Below the pieces are notes generated by a model. That model did not search any database. It had not been told where the DNA came from and was given only the letters and a program-made list of their open reading frames with translations. From assembly GCF_005696695.1 (NCBI RefSeq), contig NZ_CP040006.1, positions 1,740,001 through 1,772,000 of the forward strand: a stretch of 32,000 nucleotides of DNA. The letters are read 5' to 3'. The translations under genes and the position numbers were made by a program. This document shows positions 8,560 through 13,747 of this stretch, piece after piece; within the stretch, counting starts at the first letter, position 1, and every line of letters begins with the position of its first letter. This stretch comes from Schaalia odontolytica (GTDB lineage Bacteria > Actinomycetota > Actinomycetes > Actinomycetales > Actinomycetaceae).

Positions 8560-9051
8560 TCAGAGCAGCTGGCTGAGGATCTCCTGTGAACCGTGGATCT
8601 CCTTCACTTGAGCGACGAGCACGTCTGCGAGCTTCTTCGCCGCTACGTACTGCGTTGATTCGACGCCGTAGCGACTCGCGATGTCCGCAAGGCGCGCAGG
8701 GATGGTCGTGGCGCTGCCATCCTTCGATGTCAACATGTCCGCCAGGTTAAGCACCAGGAGTTCATCCGACTGGTAGGAGCTGTCGGGATCGCCGTGATGG
8801 AAGATCTCCGCCCAGTACGCGAACCCCAGGGAGCGCAGCAGCGCACCTCCGAGTTCCTCGTGCTCTGACTGTTCCTGAGCGAATTGATAGCCGACATCGT
8901 GCAGGTAGCCCATCACGAACATCTCGCGGCACTTGTCGTCCGACCAACCAAACAGGGCGCGCCCCAGCTCGGAGGCCTTCATGCCCACGCCGCGGCAGTG
9001 GCGCAAGCGGTTGTCGTCCATGCCGATTGCCGGCGTCGAGTCATTCATCAT
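8560..9051 (-). CDS. Small HD-domain metal-dependent phosphohydrolase (third gene of the island operon)
   Basis: 163 aa. HD-superfamily residues are spaced as H18 (RLRHCRGV), H51-D52 (GYLHDVGY), H64 (SEHEELG), H85/H86 and D104 (LNLADML). The ATG at 9051 overlaps the upstream stop as ATGA, and an SD (AAAGGA) lies at 9056-9061. Confidence 0.8.
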   Translation of the reverse strand: MMNDSTPAIGMDDNRLRHCRGVGMKASELGRALFGWSDDKCREMFVMGYLHDVGYQFAQEQSEHEELGGALLRSLGFAYWAEIFHHGDPDSSYQSDELLVLNLADMLTSKDGSATTIPARLADIASRYGVESTQYVAAKKLADVLVAQVKEIHGSQEILSQLL

Positions 9052-9935
9052 GCGATCCTTTGCGTGCCGTCGGCCAGATACCGCAGGAGATCCTCAAGCC
9101 TGCGACGCTGAGAGTCAGCGAGGCGCAGATCGAGGAGATTCTCCTTGAGTACCCATCGGAAACCCGTGGATTCAGAGTCGAGGGACACCTCGTGACCCTC
9201 GGACACCCCGTGAAACACGACGGTGAACTCCTGGCGCACTTCCCCATCAGAGTATGCGATGCGCACGTCCGGGTCCGTGTAGGTGCCGACAATCCCGGTC
9301 ACCCGCACGTCGAGGCCGGTCTCCTCCTTGAGCTCGCGGACCGCGCACTCGGCCAGGCTTTCGCCGAATTCAAGGGTGCCGCCCGGGAGCGTCCAATTCC
9401 CGCTGTCCCGGCGCTGGAGCATGAGGATGTGCCCCTCGCGCTCGATGGCGACCGCTGCAGCAGGGACGATCGAGTTGGCGGCCGGCGCATCGGGAGCGTG
9501 GGAGTAGTCCACGCGCGTGGTTCTCAGGGCCGAGGCCAGCCACGCCTCGACATCTGGGCCGGGGGTGACGACATTCTTGTCGTTCGTGGAGGGAACCTTG
9601 ATGAAGAGGATCTGCGTCCCCCGCTTCGAGCGCTGCGCGTATGTCGTCCCGGGTTCGATGACGTAGAAGTCGCCCGCACGGAACTCATGCTCCTCGCCGG
9701 TGTCCGTATCCAGGTACTGCGTCCACCCCGACAGCATGTACTGGTACTCGGTGGCCTGCGTATGAAAGTGCGGCTGCTCGCTCGCGTCGTCGGAATAGGA
9801 CGTGATCCCGATTTCAAGATCACTCGTGTCGTAGTGCGCGACCGCCTGCGGCCGAGAGAGGTTGCCCGCCAGGTACTGGCGCGACACGTGCTCCAGCGCC
9901 TGCCGGATCTCGCCTGACGTGATGGTGGAGAACAT
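9048..9935 (-). CDS. Cupin-domain / NUDIX hydrolase fusion protein (second gene of the island operon)
   Basis: The N-terminal half carries cupin motif 1, HFHTQATEYQYMLSG (HxHx4Ex6G). The C-terminal half carries a perfect NUDIX box, GTLEFGESLAECAVRELKEETGL (Gx5Ex7REUxEExGU, nt 9312-9380). I chose the start at ATG 9935 because it lies 8 nt after the SD AAGGAGG. An alternative ATG at 9941 overlaps the upstream stop as ATGA. Confidence 0.85.
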   Translation of the reverse strand: MFSTITSGEIRQALEHVSRQYLAGNLSRPQAVAHYDTSDLEIGITSYSDDASEQPHFHTQATEYQYMLSGWTQYLDTDTGEEHEFRAGDFYVIEPGTTYAQRSKRGTQILFIKVPSTNDKNVVTPGPDVEAWLASALRTTRVDYSHAPDAPAANSIVPAAAVAIEREGHILMLQRRDSGNWTLPGGTLEFGESLAECAVRELKEETGLDVRVTGIVGTYTDPDVRIAYSDGEVRQEFTVVFHGVSEGHEVSLDSESTGFRWVLKENLLDLRLADSQRRRLEDLLRYLADGTQRIA

Positions 9936-9937
9936 CG

Positions 9938-11218
9938 TCATCGCCTCCTTGGGGCCTTGTGTCGACTCTTCCTCAGCTGGCGCCTCAAGACAACGAGAAC
10001 GCCGATCGCGACGACCACACTCGCCAGGCACAGGGCGAGCACGAACCAGAGCGAGGGAAGAGTTTCGCCCTGGTTGAGGCCAATGATGGACATCGAGAAG
10101 AAAGAGATGATGAGCGTCGGGACGAAAAAGACTGCGGACGCGAAAGTGAGGAAGGTGTTCGTTCGTTCTGCGGCCTCGGCGTTTTCCTGGTTCGCGACGG
10201 CCTGGACGGACTGAGCGGTGTTCGCGAGCAGGCCGGACGCCCGCTCGAGCAGCCGTCGGTATTCTTCGATCGTCGCCTTGAGTTCGGCGACCTTGTGCGT
10301 CGCGAGGCTCTGCAGGGCCTCGTTCCCGGTCACGAGTTCGTTGACCTTGGAACGGCGTTCGAGGTTCCTGGACACGAGGAACGCCGTCGTCACGAACTGG
10401 GAGAGCACGCCGATTTCTCGCTGCGCCCGCCCGAGGCGCTGCGCGGCTTCTTCCGAGTCATCGCTGATCATGATCTGGAAGGGTTCGTTCTCCCAGAATT
10501 CGAACTCAATCCGCCAGTTCTCGAGGTTGTATTGCTCGTATTTGATGGGGATCGAGAACGCCTCAACGATGTTGCCCACGTCCGACGGCTCCGTGAAGTA
10601 CCCCTGCCCGCGGTTCAGCCAGATGCCGTTGTGCGGCCAGCGAAGGTTGTCGAGCTGGTCTGGCGAAACCGGCTGATAGATCGAGACGGTGCCGTTGCCC
10701 ATATCGAAAATCCGGCACCAGCGATGAAGGGCACGAAGCGGCTCGGAGGTATCACCGGAACGGGCCGGCAGGTTCTGGGTCAGCAGATCGACGTATGCAA
10801 TGCGCGTGTCGGCATCGATCTGCAGGGGCACGTTCGTTTTGTTCGCAGACACCCGCTGGATCATCTCCGGCATGGAAGCCATCAGCGCGTGAGCGACGGT
10901 CGGCGCCATGAGCTTTTCGAGGAGCGAGGAGATTTCGCCGTCGTGCGCACCATCGAGCGACACCTCGAGCTCGTACCTGTCGATGTCGCTCCACGGGTCC
11001 TCACGATGGGTTTCTGCGTCGATGGAGCAGTAGCGGTAGCTTTCGCCATCGTCCAGCAGGGGCAGAACGATCGGATTCTCGAACTCCATGGCCCGGCGAT
11101 GCCATCCGGACAGAATGACTGCCTGCGTCCCATCCGCGTACTGGCACTTCAGCAGGAAGCTCGGGCCCGCGTCCCAAAGCTGAGGATCAGACGCGTACGT
11201 CTTGCTGTAGGAGCACAT
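9938..11218 (-). CDS. CorA-architecture membrane protein: soluble N-terminal domain of unknown function, helical stalk and 2 C-terminal TM helices, with GLN replacing the GMN motif (first gene of the island operon)
   Basis: ORF 9938..11251 trimmed to ATG 11218 (MCSYSK.., SD GGAGGT 9 nt upstream). The C-terminus reads NTFLTFASAVFFVPTLIISFFSMSIIGLNQGETLPSLWFVLALCLASVVVAIGVLVVLRRQLRKSRHKAPRRR. This parallels the CorA layout of TM1, a G-M-N loop, TM2 and a basic tail. It is preceded by about 100 aa of predicted long helices (residues ~266-365). Confidence 0.7.
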   Translation of the reverse strand: MCSYSKTYASDPQLWDAGPSFLLKCQYADGTQAVILSGWHRRAMEFENPIVLPLLDDGESYRYCSIDAETHREDPWSDIDRYELEVSLDGAHDGEISSLLEKLMAPTVAHALMASMPEMIQRVSANKTNVPLQIDADTRIAYVDLLTQNLPARSGDTSEPLRALHRWCRIFDMGNGTVSIYQPVSPDQLDNLRWPHNGIWLNRGQGYFTEPSDVGNIVEAFSIPIKYEQYNLENWRIEFEFWENEPFQIMISDDSEEAAQRLGRAQREIGVLSQFVTTAFLVSRNLERRSKVNELVTGNEALQSLATHKVAELKATIEEYRRLLERASGLLANTAQSVQAVANQENAEAAERTNTFLTFASAVFFVPTLIISFFSMSIIGLNQGETLPSLWFVLALCLASVVVAIGVLVVLRRQLRKSRHKAPRRR

Positions 11219-11313
11219 CGCCCGGGCACCTCCATTCACAGTCGTTGACACGTAGTTGTCCGCAGCTCACGCGGCCCACAGCACGAGGCCGTGGGAACAC
11301 ACCGCTCTTTGAG

Positions 11314-11319
11314 ATTGTA
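11314..11319 (-). promoter_or_regulatory. Candidate -10 element (TACAAT) for the island operon
   Basis: The minus strand reads ..GACCGACTACAATCTCAAAG.. about 95 nt upstream of ATG 11218. There is no convincing -35. It lies downstream of the autolysin terminator. Confidence 0.3.
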
Positions 11320-11373
11320 GTCGGTCGCGCAGATGCCGCACCGGAGGGCAACATATGTGCGCGCCGCAGATAA

Positions 11374-11423
11374 ACGAGGCCGGGGCCAGCCACGCTGAAT
11401 CGCGCAGCCAGCCCCGGCCTCGT
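11374..11423 (-). terminator. Intrinsic terminator of the autolysin gene
   Basis: 13-bp stem, ACGAGGCCGGGGC / GCCCCGGCCTCGT, around a 24-nt loop. On the minus strand it is followed by TTTATCT, and it begins 14 nt after the stop at 11437. Confidence 0.7.
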
Positions 11424-11436
11424 CACAGAAGAACTC

Positions 11437-13497
11437 TCAGAAGTATGCCTTCATCATGGAGACCAGGTCGTAGCCGTAGTTCTTTGCGGCAGCCCAGCCG
11501 GTGCGGTTGGGGTTCTCCTGAATGCCCAGGTACTCGACCACGGGGGCCGCACCCTTGCGCACGTAGGTGAAGCGCGGGTCGACGACCGTGTTTGCGAGCG
11601 ACGCCGTGGTCACCGAGGAGTCCGCGTAGGCGCGCAGGTGCTGCACCTGGGCGCGGATGCCGGTGCGCACGTCCGGGAACGAGGCACCCTTCGCGCCGCC
11701 GCCGACCGCGCCAATGCCGGAGAAGTTGTACTGGCTGACGGTCACGTCGCCGCCGAATCGCAGCCAGCCCGTCTCCTTCATCGCCTGGACGAAGACCAGC
11801 TCGGGGGACACACCCTCGGCCACGGCCTCGTCGTAGACGATGGACGCGAAGTCGCGGATCGTCGGCGCACCGCCAGCGGCCAGCGCGCTCGGGTAGCTGT
11901 ATCCAGCCTGATCCCAGGCGTCTTCCATCGCGTCGATGGTCTCCGAGCGCGAGGCGGTGGGCGCGCTCATGATGAGGCGCTGACCGGACGCGTTCGTGAC
12001 AGAGGCGCTGCGCGAGGCGCTGCGGGAGGCCGCCGGAGCCTCGCTGCCATCCGCGTAGCCGAGCCACGCGCCGGAGGAAGCGAAGTTCGATGCGCGACCC
12101 TCGACGGTGACCGTGCCCGTCGCCATGGCACCCGAGTTCGGGTCCAGCCAGTACCAGGCGCCATCCAGGAGCCAGCCGGTGCTCATCGCGCCGGAGGAGT
12201 TCAGGTGGTACCAGGTGTCGCCCACCTTGGTCCAGCCGGTCATCATGGCGCCCTCACCATCCAGGTAGTACCACTTGCCGGCGTCGAGGAGCCAGCCGGT
12301 GACCATCTGGCCGCTTGAACGCATGTAGTACCAGCGGTTGTCATCCTCAGTCAGCTGCCAGCCGGTGAGCATGCGCGCGTCGTCATCAAAGAGGTACCAG
12401 GCGCCATCAACGTTGGTCCAGCCAATCGCGGCCGCACCGTTGACGCGCAGCCAGTACCAGTTGTTGCCATCCTTGAGCCAGCCGGTAACCATGACGCCGT
12501 CGGCGTTCATGTAGTACCAGGAGCCGGCGTCCTTCACCCAGCCGGTGGCCATGTCGCCGTCGGGACGCAGGTAGTACCACTTGCCGTCTTCCTTCTTCCA
12601 GCCCGTCACCATGGCGGTGGAGTCGTCGAAGAAGTAGCGGCGTCCGTTGATGGTGGACCATCCGCGGATCGTCTGCTTGTTGGAGCCAGCCCAGTACCAG
12701 CGGCCACCGGCAGAGAACCAGCCGGTCTTGGCTTCGCCGTTGGAGATGAAGCTCCAGGAGTCGCCCGTGGCGCGCCAGGTGCCCTTGCTCAGCCCGTAGG
12801 CCTGGGCGATGCCGGTCGCGTCGGCGACACCGAGGGAGCGCACGAAGCTCTCGTTGCGCAGGAGGGCCGCGTCGGATGCGGAGGTCACGAAAGCGTGCTC
12901 AACGATGACGCCGGTCATATTCTCTTCGCGAGCCTGGCGGATGACCGCGTAGTAGTCGCCGGTCGAGCCGTCCGGGTAGTCGTAGTAGGGGTTGTCACGC
13001 GTCTTGATGCCGCGATCAGCCAGCCCGAGGCCGGTGAGCTGCTTCTGGATCGCGTTGGACAGGGTGCGGCCCTGCGTGTGGGTGCCGTAGTTGTACGAGG
13101 AGGAATTCGGGTACCAGACCTCGGCACCCTTCGCGATGGGCGCGCCCGAGTTGAAGTGGATGGAGACGAGGGCGTCCGCATCCTCCGCAGCCGCCATCTC
13201 GACGCGGCTGGACAGGTCGGCGCTGGTGTTTTCCGAGGGACGAGTGTCCGTCGTGCGGGTCATAACGACGCGCACACCGTCGTAGCTTTCCAGCTCTTCC
13301 TTCAGTGCCAGGGAGACCGCGAGGGTCAGGTCCTTTTCACGCAGGCCGTTGGCGACCGCGCCAGGGTCGGAGCCGCCGTGCCCGGGGTCGATGGCAATCG
13401 TGATACCTGCTGCGTGCGCCGGCGGCACCAGGGCCGCTGCGGCTGCGCCGAGGGCCAGGGTGAGCCCGGCGACGATGGTCCTCCACGAGGAGCGCAT
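11437..13497 (-). CDS. Secreted bifunctional autolysin: N-acetylmuramoyl-L-alanine amidase (Amidase_3) + cell-wall-binding repeats + C-terminal N-acetylglucosaminidase-like domain
   Basis: 686 aa with a signal peptide (MRSSWRTIVAGLTLALGAAAAALVPPAHA). The Amidase_3 start is ITIAIDPGHGGSDPGAV, with ..SIHFNS.. and ..VIVEHAF.. following. Ten to eleven GW-anchored 20-aa repeats follow. After a Ser/Arg linker (SRSASRSAS) comes a glucosaminidase-like domain (ELVFVQAMKETGWLRFGG, NFSGIGA). SD GAAGGA lies upstream of the ATG at 13497. Confidence 0.9.
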   Translation of the reverse strand: MRSSWRTIVAGLTLALGAAAAALVPPAHAAGITIAIDPGHGGSDPGAVANGLREKDLTLAVSLALKEELESYDGVRVVMTRTTDTRPSENTSADLSSRVEMAAAEDADALVSIHFNSGAPIAKGAEVWYPNSSSYNYGTHTQGRTLSNAIQKQLTGLGLADRGIKTRDNPYYDYPDGSTGDYYAVIRQAREENMTGVIVEHAFVTSASDAALLRNESFVRSLGVADATGIAQAYGLSKGTWRATGDSWSFISNGEAKTGWFSAGGRWYWAGSNKQTIRGWSTINGRRYFFDDSTAMVTGWKKEDGKWYYLRPDGDMATGWVKDAGSWYYMNADGVMVTGWLKDGNNWYWLRVNGAAAIGWTNVDGAWYLFDDDARMLTGWQLTEDDNRWYYMRSSGQMVTGWLLDAGKWYYLDGEGAMMTGWTKVGDTWYHLNSSGAMSTGWLLDGAWYWLDPNSGAMATGTVTVEGRASNFASSGAWLGYADGSEAPAASRSASRSASVTNASGQRLIMSAPTASRSETIDAMEDAWDQAGYSYPSALAAGGAPTIRDFASIVYDEAVAEGVSPELVFVQAMKETGWLRFGGDVTVSQYNFSGIGAVGGGAKGASFPDVRTGIRAQVQHLRAYADSSVTTASLANTVVDPRFTYVRKGAAPVVEYLGIQENPNRTGWAAAKNYGYDLVSMMKAYF
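12103..12777 (-). repeat. Tandem in-frame ~60-nt repeats encoding cell-wall-binding (choline-binding-type, CW_binding) modules
   Basis: The xGW anchors fall at residues 260, 280, 300, 320, 340, 360, 380, 402, 422 and 442 of the autolysin (e.g. GWVKDAGSWYYMNADGVMVTGW). At the DNA level CCAGCCGGT recurs about every 60 nt. Confidence 0.9.
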
Positions 13498-13531
13498 AGT
13501 AATCCTTCATGTTGCTGATGTGACAGTCGTG

Positions 13532-13560
13532 ATTGTAGGTACTTATGTTGTAACTGTAAA
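13532..13560 (-). promoter_or_regulatory. Near-consensus sigma-70-type promoter of the autolysin gene, overlapped by an inverted repeat
   Basis: The minus strand reads TTTACA (13555-13560), a 17-nt spacer, then TACAAT (13532-13537), about 35 nt upstream of the ATG at 13497. The inverted repeat TGTAACT (13549-13555) / AGTTACA (13570-13576) brackets the -35. The local sequence is unusually A+T-rich. Confidence 0.55.
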
Positions 13561-13747
13561 CATGAGAATAGTTACACGCATGAACTGGTACGAACTAAAA
13601 GGATTCCTCTTTGCATATGAGACGAGGCCGGGGCCTCCTCTGCCCATGCGCACTGTCATCGGGACGCACCGACGCGCCATCGAAAGCACTCATGGCCAGG
13701 AATAACTCCACTCAGCGGCGTCAGCCCGAGGGAGAAAAACCGAAGGT

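Noticed and set aside
9938-11218. Calling the 426-aa membrane protein simply the housekeeping Mg2+/Co2+ transporter CorA (gene symbol corA).
   Set aside because: The signature GMN is replaced by GLN, and the protein is about 80-100 aa longer than typical CorA. Its N-domain shows no motif I can match. It is also co-translated with two nucleotide hydrolases in a low-G+C insert. I kept the neutral description CorA-architecture and assigned no gene symbol.
9959-11248. A 429-aa plus-strand ORF exactly antisense to the CorA-like gene, notable because this region has lower G+C.
   Set aside because: It is in the codon-aligned antisense frame (both frames share the same triplet phase), so it only needs the sense gene to lack TTA, CTA and TCA codons. 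The translation (RDDHTRQAQGEHEPERG...) has no TM helix, motif or SD. By contrast the minus-strand product has TM helices, coiled coils, an SD and coupling to the downstream genes.
8454-11436. Whether the inserted trio is a classical mobile element (IS, integron cassette, prophage remnant).
   Set aside because: I found no transposase, integrase or recombinase ORF, no tRNA target, and no terminal inverted or direct repeats beyond the terminator-type hairpins. I therefore describe it only as a compositionally distinct insertion.
12103-12777. Regularly spaced ~60-nt repeats that could superficially suggest a CRISPR-like array.
   Set aside because: The repeats are in frame inside the autolysin ORF and encode the 20-aa GW wall-binding module. 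There are no unique spacers, and no cas genes anywhere in the window.
13498-13747. A possible riboswitch (e.g. ydaO/cyclic-di-AMP type, often found upstream of actinobacterial wall hydrolases) in the 250-nt region upstream of the autolysin gene.
   Set aside because: I could not recognise the conserved ydaO core sequences by eye. The good -35/-10 pair also places the likely TSS only about 30 nt from the ATG, leaving no room for an aptamer. A covariance-model scan (Rfam/Infernal) would be needed to exclude it formally.
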